Positions 7,676 through 16,532 of a DNA stretch of 64,000 bases are shown here, in pieces (the stretch's first letter is position 1; every line of letters starts with the position of its first letter). The DNA is from Candidatus Micrarchaeota archaeon (GTDB taxonomy: Archaea > Micrarchaeota > Micrarchaeia > Burarchaeales > JAKAKT01): the NCBI GenBank assembly GCA_041305385.1, contig JBFYLO010000053.1, positions 265 through 64,264 on the forward strand. The letters run 5' to 3'. A program made the translations under genes and the position numbers. Below the pieces are notes generated by a model. That model searched no databases. It was not told the origin of the DNA and worked only from the letters and a program-made list of their open reading frames with translations.

Positions 7676-9655
7676 TCACTTTGGCGTCGCACCACTCGCT
7701 TCCTTTATTGCCCTCAAATCGCAGTCAACTTCTATCCTAATCATGGTTTCTATAAGCGAAGGCATATACCCCCACCTGAGCATATCCCCGTATTCGCGGA
7801 ATAGCTTCAGGCTTTCGTCAGCGCTGCTCTCGAGTCTGTTTCCCTGCTCGCAGCAAAACTCGATTATCCGCAGTGCTATATCCACACCAAAACGCCTCCT
7901 CGTTTTGCCGGGCCAATCCGAAACTGGATTGAGCCAGGCAGCAAATTTCATCAGTTGCGCTCGGTTTTCGGTTTTTTTCAAGTTTTCGAGTCCCTCCGAA
8001 AGACTCATATCCTGCGGGTAATATCTTTCAAGCGAAGCCAACACGAATAATGTGGTCGCAAGGGGGTCGTTCTCATCCTCCTTTGCGCCTCTTTTAATCC
8101 TCTTCATGTGCCCAGTCACTTCCGAAAGCCTTCGGATGTGCGCGGTAATCTCCTTCTGTGAAAACCCAAATGACAGGGATTCAATGCACGCATGGAAGAG
8201 TTTCCAGGAAATACGATTTATGCTCAAGGTCTCTTCTTGGGAAACCATATTCGGCGCTGCACTCGTGCAGCAGTCCGCAAACTCCTTTATCATTCTCTTA
8301 GTTTCTGGGTTTACCTTCAGCTCTCTCTCCCCTTCCTGCTCAAGGACCTTCCCGAGCACATCGAAAGAAAACCTTCCGTACACGGTGAGAATCGCATTCA
8401 TAACTCCGATGACCTCTTCGATTTCAGGTCTTGTGCTAATCGCTCTATCGGAAAGCTTCTCGTACTCCTCTAAAAGATGGCACCAGCTCTTGGCATCAAC
8501 AGCCAGACGATTCTCCGTCTCTCGAGGTTCCTTCCCCCCGGCTATGCTGTTAACATATATCTGCAGGAAATACACGTGCAATGCTTCCTTTCCCTCGGGC
8601 GTTAGGCTGTTCCTAGTTCGTCCAAATGTTTTGTCCACGTCCCGTACCAATTCATCGCAGAAATTCGTCATGCGGACTGCGAGCGCCAGCCCCGCTTCTC
8701 TTGCTCCAGGGTCCAAGTCTCCTATCAAAAGGTCTTCGGGCCTGAATTCCCTTGCGCTTTTGGCTTTCTTAAGTGCCTGCGGGTTACGTTCCATGAATAA
8801 GGGGAGATAGTTCATGGCATAAGTAAGCGGAGATTCGGTTTTCATCTCCCCCCTGTTCGAGAGCAGGTGAACCGCTTCGTGCCAGGGAGTGTATCTCTCT
8901 TCCCAGGCAGGTTTCTCATCGCATCTTGCGAGCAAAATCCTTTCGCCAAGCGCCATTCCCTTTATTTCAAATCCCTCGACCACGTTTGGAGCAATTTCCG
9001 TGAGATACATGACCGCGAGCGCCCTCCTTGCCAAAACTGCCGATGCCGTAGCCATATCGGAAACGTTCTCCCTCAGCTGCCGTTCCTCGCGCTCGGAATA
9101 AGTGCCGCCTTCCTTTGCTTTTTTCATTATTTTGTTTATCCTAATTTCGATGGCGTTAAGGGCGATTTTCTCAAGTTCCTCCAGCGGCTGGAAAACATCT
9201 TCCCGCGAGACCAGTTCTGTGGAATCAAGCAAATAGTCGCGCACTTTCTCCGCCCTTTGACTTTTGGCCCACGAGAGCCCATAAGGCTCCCACTCGACTG
9301 AGTTTTGAGTTACTATGTTCGCGAACAGCTCGTAGATGCCAGAAAGATTCTCCCGGCTTTTTCCCTCAATCGCTCCGTTTTCCCGTTTTTTCCCGTATTT
9401 TGTTTCAATCCTTTCGACCCACTTCGTTATCACTCGGTTGATTTTGATCAAATCCATCCCAGCGACCAATTCCCCGGTTATAATGAACCTGCTGAACTCC
9501 TCCTTGAACGTTGGTTTTTTTCCAAACTCCTCACCCTTTTCAAGTTGCGGAACCTTGCCTAGGACTATTCGCTGAATAAGACTTTCTGGGACCACAACTT
9601 TTCTCTGGCTAACTCTAGTCCTTTGAATATTCTTCGCCAAGGGGTCCTCTGCCAT
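7676..9655 (-). CDS. Large hypothetical protein with an HExxH motif
   Basis: 659-aa ORF with 'WHEAVHLL'; no family recognised. Confidence 0.7.
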   Translation of the reverse strand: MAEDPLAKNIQRTRVSQRKVVVPESLIQRIVLGKVPQLEKGEEFGKKPTFKEEFSRFIITGELVAGMDLIKINRVITKWVERIETKYGKKRENGAIEGKSRENLSGIYELFANIVTQNSVEWEPYGLSWAKSQRAEKVRDYLLDSTELVSREDVFQPLEELEKIALNAIEIRINKIMKKAKEGGTYSEREERQLRENVSDMATASAVLARRALAVMYLTEIAPNVVEGFEIKGMALGERILLARCDEKPAWEERYTPWHEAVHLLSNRGEMKTESPLTYAMNYLPLFMERNPQALKKAKSAREFRPEDLLIGDLDPGAREAGLALAVRMTNFCDELVRDVDKTFGRTRNSLTPEGKEALHVYFLQIYVNSIAGGKEPRETENRLAVDAKSWCHLLEEYEKLSDRAISTRPEIEEVIGVMNAILTVYGRFSFDVLGKVLEQEGERELKVNPETKRMIKEFADCCTSAAPNMVSQEETLSINRISWKLFHACIESLSFGFSQKEITAHIRRLSEVTGHMKRIKRGAKEDENDPLATTLFVLASLERYYPQDMSLSEGLENLKKTENRAQLMKFAAWLNPVSDWPGKTRRRFGVDIALRIIEFCCEQGNRLESSADESLKLFREYGDMLRWGYMPSLIETMIRIEVDCDLRAIKEASGATPK

Positions 9656-9683
9656 AAAGGCTATTATTGGGTTTTTAGGATTT

Positions 9684-10034
9684 TTAAGACTTCGTGTTTT
9701 GTGAAGTGCGGAGCTTGTACGAAATCCTCTTCACTTCCCCGCACTCGCACCTATACTCCATCACCTTATGCCTGGGAACAAGCCTGACTGAAACGTTATA
9801 ACCCGGAATCAGGGGCGAGTTGCACTTCTTGCAAAAGGAGACCTTGAGCCTCCGGGGCAGGCGAACCAGGTAGCGGGTCCCGATTTTCCTGGCAAGTCCG
9901 ATATACCTCATGGACCTTTCGGGATGGGTTTTGGCATTCTCATTCGCGAGCCTGAACAGTATGGAAATCCTCTCCCGGGCTATTCTCGTTAGAAAATCCG
10001 GCTTTCTCCTCCTGTCAGGTCTTCCCATGCTCAT
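9684..10034 (-). CDS. rnp4: Ribonuclease P protein component 4 (Rpp21)
   Basis: 'IARERI.ILF', 'RY..LA.KI..RY.VRLP', 'FCKKC..PL.PG' and 'CECG..KR' zinc ribbon. Confidence 0.95.
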   Translation of the reverse strand: MSMGRPDRRRKPDFLTRIARERISILFRLANENAKTHPERSMRYIGLARKIGTRYLVRLPRRLKVSFCKKCNSPLIPGYNVSVRLVPRHKVMEYRCECGEVKRISYKLRTSQNTKS

Positions 10035-10455
10035 CCTTCCTTATTATCGGCGCAAGCCAGATGTTCGCTTTCGCAACCCTGAACAGCGCAGGCGCGTTTC
10101 CCTTCTCGAACATCAGAATCTCGCACTCCCAATCCAGCGCCTCGGCAATTGCCTCAAAGTGTTTCCGGGAGTAGGTGTTTTTTCCATGAGTTACGGTTTC
10201 ATCTTTGAACTTCAGCTCGCTTTTCTTCACTTCCTTCATCTTCCAGACGTGGAAAAGAATCCTGTCCTTCGAGGTTATCCTTATCACTTCGTCCTCAGAA
10301 TAGTAAATTTTCCTGATTTTGTTGAGCCTGATTCTCTGCCCGAGCCTCGCCCCGATTCTCCGCCCCAGGTCTTCCAGGCAGAGCTTTTCCTCGAGGAGCT
10401 GCCTTTCCCTTTCCGGAGTCCTCCCGCCCCTGAAAATCAAGTCAAAGAGCCGCAT
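10015..10455 (-). CDS. Hypothetical protein
   Basis: 146-aa ORF overlapping the rnp4 start, in an operon-like arrangement. Confidence 0.65.
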   Translation of the reverse strand: MRLFDLIFRGGRTPERERQLLEEKLCLEDLGRRIGARLGQRIRLNKIRKIYYSEDEVIRITSKDRILFHVWKMKEVKKSELKFKDETVTHGKNTYSRKHFEAIAEALDWECEILMFEKGNAPALFRVAKANIWLAPIIRKDEHGKT

Positions 10456-10571
10456 TTTAGCACCAGGTAATATATATAGGCGGAAAAAATAAGAATTGAG
10501 GCGGTCTGGATAGGGAATTCAGGAAAGGATTCACTGCCGTCGAGTGGGGAGTAATCCTTAAGTAAAAAAGA

Positions 10572-10592
10572 TGGGCCCGGTCGGACTTCGAA
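10572..10592 (-). other. Isolated tRNA 3'-end fragment (att-like remnant)
   Basis: The minus strand reads TTCGAAGTCCGACCGGGCCCA then TCTTTTTT, i.e. T-loop, 3' T-stem, CGGGCCC acceptor and discriminator A. No 5' half is adjacent. Confidence 0.6.
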
Positions 10593-10598
10593 AAGTAT

Positions 10599-10644
10599 TC
10601 AGTGCCAATGAAAGCTTTTTTACCTTTTTGTTCATTGCCAATGA
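10599..10644. promoter_or_regulatory. Paired 13-bp palindromic operator-like sites upstream of the AAA ATPase gene
   Basis: TCAGTGCCAATGA (10599-10611) and perfect TCATTGCCAATGA (10632-10644) are 33 bp apart and lie just before TTTATATA. Confidence 0.55.
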
Positions 10645-10680
10645 TAAGATTTATATACTCCCTCGCATACTAACTAACTC

Positions 10681-11943
10681 ATGCTCTCCAGGGAACAACT
10701 GAAACTGATATTGAGCGAGCAACGGGCGGCGATTCTTAAGAGGGGCCCAGGGATAGAACGAGAAGCGCTTGGAACACTGGGGGAAAAGCTGAAACTGCCC
10801 CACGTGGTTGTCCTGAGCGGCCTGCGGAGAAGCGGTAAATCGACGCTCATGAGGCAGGCCATGTGCAGGTACTATTCCGACAGGGATTTCTATTACGTGA
10901 GCTTTGAAGACGAACGGCTCGTCGGTTTCGACGCTGCTCGGTTCAACGACATATACGAGGCGCTCGTTGAGCTTTTCGGGGAGCAAAAGACATTTTTCAT
11001 TGATGAGATACAAAACGTCGACAACTTCGAGACGTTCGTGAGGAGATTCTACGACGCTGGTTTCAAGTTCTTCATAAGCGGGTCAAATGCGAAATTGCTG
11101 AGCCGGGAATTGAGCACGAAGCTCACTGGAAGGCATGTTGACATAGTGGTGCGGCCATTCTCCTTTCAGGAATTTCTGTCCCTCAAGAATTTCCATTTTG
11201 AAAAAAAGATGCTTTACAAGACCGAAAGCAGGGTGGCGATAAAAAAACTGTTTGGCGAATATTTTGCAAAAGGCGGTATGCCGGAATACCTCATATACGG
11301 CGACCCTGAGCTGCTCACGAGGGTTTACAACGACGTTGTGGTAAAGGACATTGCCGTGAGGCACAAGGTCGAGAACTTGGCACAGCTGCGGGACTTCTAC
11401 AAGTATCTTGTGGCGAATTTCTCGAACAGATTCAGCTTCAATTCACTCAAGAAAATGTTACATTTCGGAAGCGTCAACACGATAAAGTCTTACGTCTCGT
11501 ATCTAGAGGAAACGTATTTCGTGAGAGTGATAAATAAATTCGACCACAGCCTGAAAAAGCAGCTTGTCAACGATAAGAAATTGTACGTGGTGGATAACTC
11601 ATTCGTGCCGTTGCTCTCCGCAAAAACAACGAAGGACAGTGGTCGTATGCTGGAAAACCTCGTTTTCAACAAACTTAGCGAGGACTATGACCTTTTTTAT
11701 TATGGCAACTCTAGGGAATGCGACTTCGTTCTCCTGAAAAACAACGCGCTTCAATTGGCAGTACAAGTCTGCTGGGAACTTACTGAAACGAACAGGGGGC
11801 GGGAGCTTGGCGGCCTTGCCGCGTGCATGGCTGAGCTTAAGCTGAAAGACGGGCTTCTGTTGACATACGACCAAGAAGAGGAACTCATTTTTGAGGGAAA
11901 AAAGATAAAAATAAAGCCCGTTTGGAAGTGGCTTTTCGAGTAG
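10681..11943 (+). CDS. AAA_14 family ATPase with C-terminal DUF4143 (PD-(D/E)xK-like) domain
   Basis: Walker A GLRRSGKST, Walker B 'FFIDEIQN', 'SGSNAKLL', 'GGMPE', 'KLYVVD', 'ENLVF' and 'ECDFV...QVC'. Confidence 0.93.
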   Translation: MLSREQLKLILSEQRAAILKRGPGIEREALGTLGEKLKLPHVVVLSGLRRSGKSTLMRQAMCRYYSDRDFYYVSFEDERLVGFDAARFNDIYEALVELFGEQKTFFIDEIQNVDNFETFVRRFYDAGFKFFISGSNAKLLSRELSTKLTGRHVDIVVRPFSFQEFLSLKNFHFEKKMLYKTESRVAIKKLFGEYFAKGGMPEYLIYGDPELLTRVYNDVVVKDIAVRHKVENLAQLRDFYKYLVANFSNRFSFNSLKKMLHFGSVNTIKSYVSYLEETYFVRVINKFDHSLKKQLVNDKKLYVVDNSFVPLLSAKTTKDSGRMLENLVFNKLSEDYDLFYYGNSRECDFVLLKNNALQLAVQVCWELTETNRGRELGGLAACMAELKLKDGLLLTYDQEEELIFEGKKIKIKPVWKWLFE

Positions 11944-11950
11944 AAAAAAG

Positions 11951-12184
11951 TGGGCCCGAGGAGATTTATTCCCGAACCCCATCAGTTTTTCTTTTGGGGT
12001 GTTGAGAGACCTTTTCTTTTTCTGAAGGAAAAGTTGTCAACAACTTTTCCTGTATTTGGGCGTCAGCCCAAATCTGAAAAGAAAAGGGATTTCATTGAAC
12101 TCCTGACCTACAGCTTGCCTAGATACGTTGTATTAGAACGCGTCGTATAAGACTGCCGCTCTAACCTAGCTGAGCTACGGGCCC
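11951..12184 (-). tRNA. tRNA-Ile(UAU) with a 37/38 intron (12116-12145, 30 nt) and a T-loop 59/60 intron (11965-12093, about 129 nt)
   Basis: Acceptor GGGCCCG/CGGGCCC+A; D arm; anticodon stem GCAGT/GCTGT with loop CU-UAU-A|A; BHB with central helix CUUA/UAGG; T stem AGGAG/CTCCT split by an insert. Confidence 0.88.
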
Positions 12185-12225
12185 ACCAAGATTAGTTGGG
12201 AAATCAAATATTAAAAATGAATCGC

Positions 12226-12603
12226 TCAGCTGCGGCCGGGTTTTCTACTCTCGAGGTAAGCCGGGTAGGAGTCCGCAGTGGCAATTGCGAGGCCGAATAT
12301 CGCTATGAGTGCATAGGTCATCTGGAACTCAACACCCGCGAGGACGAGGAACAGGAGCACAGGCAGTAATGCGAGCCAGCCGTATTCGAACATGTTTGAT
12401 TGGTAGCCCAAGGCCCAGCGTTTCAGCAGCAGAAACAGCGGATACACGAACAGGGCGAGGGCCCACGGGAGCATGAGCGACATGGAATAGACGGACTTGT
12501 CCAAAAACGGAGATATGAGGAGCGGGATAAACAGGATGAAGTAAGGAACCGCCCGGTATGGATGTGCGTTTTCCTCCTTTTTCAAGTAATCCCCGGTTAA
12601 CAT
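12226..12603 (-). CDS. Hypothetical membrane protein (about 4 TM segments)
   Basis: Several hydrophobic segments in a 125-aa ORF. Confidence 0.7.
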   Translation of the reverse strand: MLTGDYLKKEENAHPYRAVPYFILFIPLLISPFLDKSVYSMSLMLPWALALFVYPLFLLLKRWALGYQSNMFEYGWLALLPVLLFLVLAGVEFQMTYALIAIFGLAIATADSYPAYLESRKPGRS

Positions 12604-12624
12604 ACGAAGATATCTTTATTATTC

Positions 12625-13305
12625 TTAGGCTCGCGCGTTTTCTCTCTTTGCTATTGCTACAAGAAGGTCCAGAAGCTCGATTGTCTTTTCTGTGGTTATT
12701 TTGGGATAATCGAAACCGAATCTGCCCTTCGTGTTTATCCAGAGGTACAGTCTGGAGTTTTTAACCTCAATGAACGCAACAGGGTTCTCCGTGCGTTTTA
12801 ACACTGCAGTCACGTCGTTTCTCTTGCAGAATGATTTCGCCTCTTCAAGACTTTCACTCGCCAAAAAAAGATTTCCGATGTTCTTCCCAGGATGACCGAG
12901 AATTTGGAGTAAGGCGCCCGTGGAGTTCCGGAGATTGTCGCCAGAATCACTTAAGTGGCACTGCATCCAGAATGGAAAGTTAACAGCGAGCGAGATTCTG
13001 AAGCTGGCATATTTTACGCTCACCAATTGACCTGCCACACGAAAATCTTCGATAAGAACCGGGATTCCCTTGTATGTGGTTGAGAGACTTTCAACCGAAT
13101 CGCCGTTCAACACAAGCCTTAATGAAGCAGTTAATGCGTCAGTTTCCTCTCTCCTACCGCCGATGGTGGCTTGGAGTTTTTTGAAGACATTGCCGAAAGG
13201 TCTTTGGAAGTTTACGTAGATGGCAAAAGCTTTTAGGAGATAAATCACGAGTCCGATTAGCAAAAGACAGAGAAGAGCAGCGAGTAATTGCCCGAGAACA
13301 TCCAT
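12625..13305 (-). CDS. Hypothetical protein with an N-terminal membrane anchor
   Basis: 226-aa ORF with a hydrophobic N-terminus. Confidence 0.65.
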   Translation of the reverse strand: MDVLGQLLAALLCLLLIGLVIYLLKAFAIYVNFQRPFGNVFKKLQATIGGRREETDALTASLRLVLNGDSVESLSTTYKGIPVLIEDFRVAGQLVSVKYASFRISLAVNFPFWMQCHLSDSGDNLRNSTGALLQILGHPGKNIGNLFLASESLEEAKSFCKRNDVTAVLKRTENPVAFIEVKNSRLYLWINTKGRFGFDYPKITTEKTIELLDLLVAIAKRENARA

Positions 13306-13358
13306 GATTAATAGAGCACTCGATATCTTTATTATTCTTTCAACCCTTCTTTTACCTC

Positions 13359-14684
13359 ATGGACTTGGGAGCAGGCCTTCGAAAAGCTCTTGCGAAGATT
13401 ACCGGCGCAGCCCTAGTTGACGAGAAAGCAGTCAAGGAACTGGTGAAAGAGCTCCAGCGAGTCCTCATAGCCAACGATGTCGAGGTAAAGCTTGTTTTCG
13501 AGCTCTCGAAAAGAATCGAGAAGGAAGCGACTGACAGGAAGCAGATGAAGGGCCTCAACGTCAAGGAGCACGTGGTGAAAGTCGTCTATGACGAGCTGGT
13601 CGCATTAATGGGGGAGAAGCATTCCCCGAAAATCCAGAAGCAGAGAATCCTCCTCCTCGGGCTCTACGGCTCGGGAAAGACTACGACTGTCGGAAAGCTC
13701 GCCCACTTTTATAAGAAATCTGGCTTGAGCGTAGGTGTTGTCTGCTGCGATGTGGACAGGCCCGCAGCCTACGAGCAGCTGCAGCAGATTGCCGAGGGAG
13801 CGAAAGTCAATTTCTACGGGGAGAAGGGAGGCAAGGACGCGAGAAAGATTGCCGAGAGGGCCCTCAAGGAATCAAAGGAGGACGTGCTCATAGTCGACTC
13901 CGCAGGCAGGAACGCTTTCAGCGACGAATTGAAGGAGGAGCTCAAGGGCATTGACGGGGCCCTGAAGCCGGACGAGCGGTTCCTGGTTGTGAGCGCGGAC
14001 ATAGGGCAGGTGGCAGGAAGGCAGGCGAAGGAATTCAACTCAGCGGTCCCGGTAACGGGAGTGATAATAACAAAGATGGACGGGAGCGGAAAAGGCGGAG
14101 GGGCACTGAGCTCAGTCGGGGCCACTGGAGCGAAGGTCGCATTCATCGGAGTCGGGGAGAAAGTCGGCGACTTCGAGCCATTCGACGCGAAGAAATACGT
14201 CGGAAGGCTCCTGGGATTCCCTGATTTGGAAAGCCTAATTGAAAAGGTGAAAGAGGTAAGCGAGCAGGAGAATCTCAAGCCCGAGATGCTCGAGGAAAAG
14301 TTCACCATAAAGACATTCTACGAGCAGCTGAGGGCAGCCAAGAAGCTCGGCCCGCTCAAGAGCGTCTTTTCGATGCTCGGCATGGTCGACGTTCCAAAGG
14401 AGATGATGGAGCAGAGCGAGCAGAAGCTCAAGGCCTACGAGGTCATAATCGGCTCGATGACCAAGGCGGAGAGGGAGGATGCCGACCTGCTAAGGAAGAA
14501 CAAAAGCAGGATTGAGCGGATAGCGAAAGGCTCGGGCACCAGGCCCGAAGACGTCCGCGAACTCCTCACCCGCTTCGGGCAGATGGAGAAGATGCTCACC
14601 CAGTTCAAGCACAACCGGGGCTTCAGGAAAAAGATGGAGCATTTCATGAAGAAGGGCGGAGGGGCGAACCTTCCCCTAGGCTGA
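13359..14684 (+). CDS. srp54: Signal recognition particle 54 kDa protein
   Basis: 'GLYGSGKTTT', 'DVDRPAA.EQL', 'DSAGR', 'TKMDGSGKGGGALS' and a Met-rich M domain. Confidence 0.97.
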   Translation: MDLGAGLRKALAKITGAALVDEKAVKELVKELQRVLIANDVEVKLVFELSKRIEKEATDRKQMKGLNVKEHVVKVVYDELVALMGEKHSPKIQKQRILLLGLYGSGKTTTVGKLAHFYKKSGLSVGVVCCDVDRPAAYEQLQQIAEGAKVNFYGEKGGKDARKIAERALKESKEDVLIVDSAGRNAFSDELKEELKGIDGALKPDERFLVVSADIGQVAGRQAKEFNSAVPVTGVIITKMDGSGKGGGALSSVGATGAKVAFIGVGEKVGDFEPFDAKKYVGRLLGFPDLESLIEKVKEVSEQENLKPEMLEEKFTIKTFYEQLRAAKKLGPLKSVFSMLGMVDVPKEMMEQSEQKLKAYEVIIGSMTKAEREDADLLRKNKSRIERIAKGSGTRPEDVRELLTRFGQMEKMLTQFKHNRGFRKKMEHFMKKGGGANLPLG

Positions 14685-14686
14685 TT

Positions 14687-15823
14687 CTACCAATAGCCGC
14701 TGATGAACGAATGGTCTATCCCTATCACATCGAGCTCTGCGCACACTGCCGGGACCCCGAGGAGATTGGAGATGTTCGGCTTGGTCCTCCCGCCGTCTCC
14801 CGAGATGAACTCCTTCACATAAGTGCCCGAATCCGTATCGATGATTAGTTGGAAGGTATTCCCGCTAATCCTTTCGCAACTCCTTATTCTCACCGACCTA
14901 ATCCTCTCGAGGTCCGAGCGCCTGTGGAGAACCCTGTTCGGGGTCTGCTGCTTCAGCTCCATCCTCCTCGGGATTCTTGCGAGCATTTTTTCCGGGAACG
15001 GCTCGGCCGTCTGCACGAGAGCGCGATAGGATTTCCCGAGCCTCGCAACCTTGACGATTTCCACCATTCTCGGGGGAACGAATGAAAGCCGGGACAGTTC
15101 CACTTTGCCAGAAAGCTCTGAATTAATCGAATTCTCAAGAGGGCCCAGGTCCACGTCCCTCCTCATCGGCTCCTCCAGCTCGATGACAAACGGCCTCCCA
15201 TCCCCCAGCATCCTTGCGTCTATGTCCTCCCTGCCTGCCCCGTGGAATTTCGAGTTTCTCGCCTTGAAAGCCTTGAGCAGGGGCTTTGAGACGAGGTCCT
15301 CGACCGAGGAATACTTGAACAGCGTTCCCCCGCAGAGCTCGCACCCGTTCTTGCAGTCGCAGGGCCACTTCGTCTGGGAGAGGTCCCTTGAGAACTTCCT
15401 GTAATGCCCATAAAGAAAGAGGGGCGAGATGGACACCCCCGCTCTGTTCTCCTCGAAATCAAGAAGTATGTTTATATCAGGGGAATCGGGCGAGAACTCC
15501 TTCCCAAGCTCCTTCTTGAGTACGCTCGCAAGATCCGAGTTCAATTCCGTCTTCAGGGACAGCGCCCCCGAGACCCCGTTTCTGTCCCAGAGCGCCTCCT
15601 CCCCAAGCTCGAATTCCCTGGGAATTTTCGAAGAGACCGAGAAACTCGAGAACCCTATGCCCGAGCACTGGATTTTTGCGAGCTTAATGAGGGATTCTAT
15701 CCTTTCGAAAATTTTGTTGTGGCAGACCGAGCACTCGCCCCCCGAGGATTTCGTTTTGTTCCTCTCTGCGCACCGCCTGCACAGGCCTTTACTCGAATGA
15801 AATCGAGACTTCAACAGTGTCAC
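14687..15823 (-). CDS. pus10: tRNA pseudouridine 54/55 synthase Pus10
   Basis: N-terminal Cys cluster, 'G.YRKFSR.LSQT.W', 'FHGAGREDIDARMLG.GRPFV', 'QQTP.RVLHRR' and 'GTYVKEFISGD.GRT.P'. Confidence 0.95.
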   Translation of the reverse strand: MTLLKSRFHSSKGLCRRCAERNKTKSSGGECSVCHNKIFERIESLIKLAKIQCSGIGFSSFSVSSKIPREFELGEEALWDRNGVSGALSLKTELNSDLASVLKKELGKEFSPDSPDINILLDFEENRAGVSISPLFLYGHYRKFSRDLSQTKWPCDCKNGCELCGGTLFKYSSVEDLVSKPLLKAFKARNSKFHGAGREDIDARMLGDGRPFVIELEEPMRRDVDLGPLENSINSELSGKVELSRLSFVPPRMVEIVKVARLGKSYRALVQTAEPFPEKMLARIPRRMELKQQTPNRVLHRRSDLERIRSVRIRSCERISGNTFQLIIDTDSGTYVKEFISGDGGRTKPNISNLLGVPAVCAELDVIGIDHSFISGYW

Positions 15824-16451
15824 CGTCCTTCAGCCTTAGCGCCTTCCTTAGATTCACCCTGGAGATTACCTCGAGGACATCGAGCCCGTAGTGGGAGCGG
15901 GAGGGCAGAATCGTGAATCCCTTCAGCTTTTTGTTTATGACTGATGGGAAGCATTTTATCGCCCCGAGGAAGCGTCCCTGGTGCTGGAATCCCTCTATGA
16001 CAACTCCCCTGCGGTCTGCCAGGATCAGCTTCGCTTCCATGTCCTGAATCCTCAGGTTGAGGGTTCCGGGAAACGGCCTGATTCCGAGCTTGTCTTTGAA
16101 TTGCCTGTTGTATTCCGGGAGCGGGACGTAATACTTCCCCTCCTTCATCCCAGTAATCACAGTTCCCCTTACCTTCAGGCTCTTTCTCGACTCCAGGGCA
16201 GCCTCGAGGGTTTCGCAAAGCGCCCTGAGCTCTGCCAGTGATTTGCCCGTGAGCCTCAAACCATTGAGGTCCCGCTCGACAAACCCCTCCAGCTGGGCCC
16301 TGATGAGCCACCTTGAGGCAGTCTGCTGGGAGACTCCAAGAAGGGAAGCGAGCTCGCCCGTGGAGACCCGGACGTGCCTCTCATGGGCGCCAGCCTTAAG
16401 CAGAGAGAACAGCAGCGGATGGTTCATTCCCATATTTGGGTTATTACCCAC
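15789..16451 (-). CDS. ribK: HTH-fused CTP-dependent riboflavin kinase (RbkR type)
   Basis: N-terminal wHTH 'ELA..LG.SQQTASR' plus 'G.V.TG..EG.YY', 'PFPGTLN' and 'EVIS...LR..L.L.DGD.V'. Confidence 0.93.
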   Translation of the reverse strand: MGNNPNMGMNHPLLFSLLKAGAHERHVRVSTGELASLLGVSQQTASRWLIRAQLEGFVERDLNGLRLTGKSLAELRALCETLEAALESRKSLKVRGTVITGMKEGKYYVPLPEYNRQFKDKLGIRPFPGTLNLRIQDMEAKLILADRRGVVIEGFQHQGRFLGAIKCFPSVINKKLKGFTILPSRSHYGLDVLEVISRVNLRKALRLKDGDTVEVSISFE

Positions 16452-16532
16452 CTAAGCGATTTAAACCCTTTCGTAGGGAGTTTCTCCCCAGGAGAGATAG
16501 GTTTATGAGATTGGCCGCGCAAGAACAGTATC

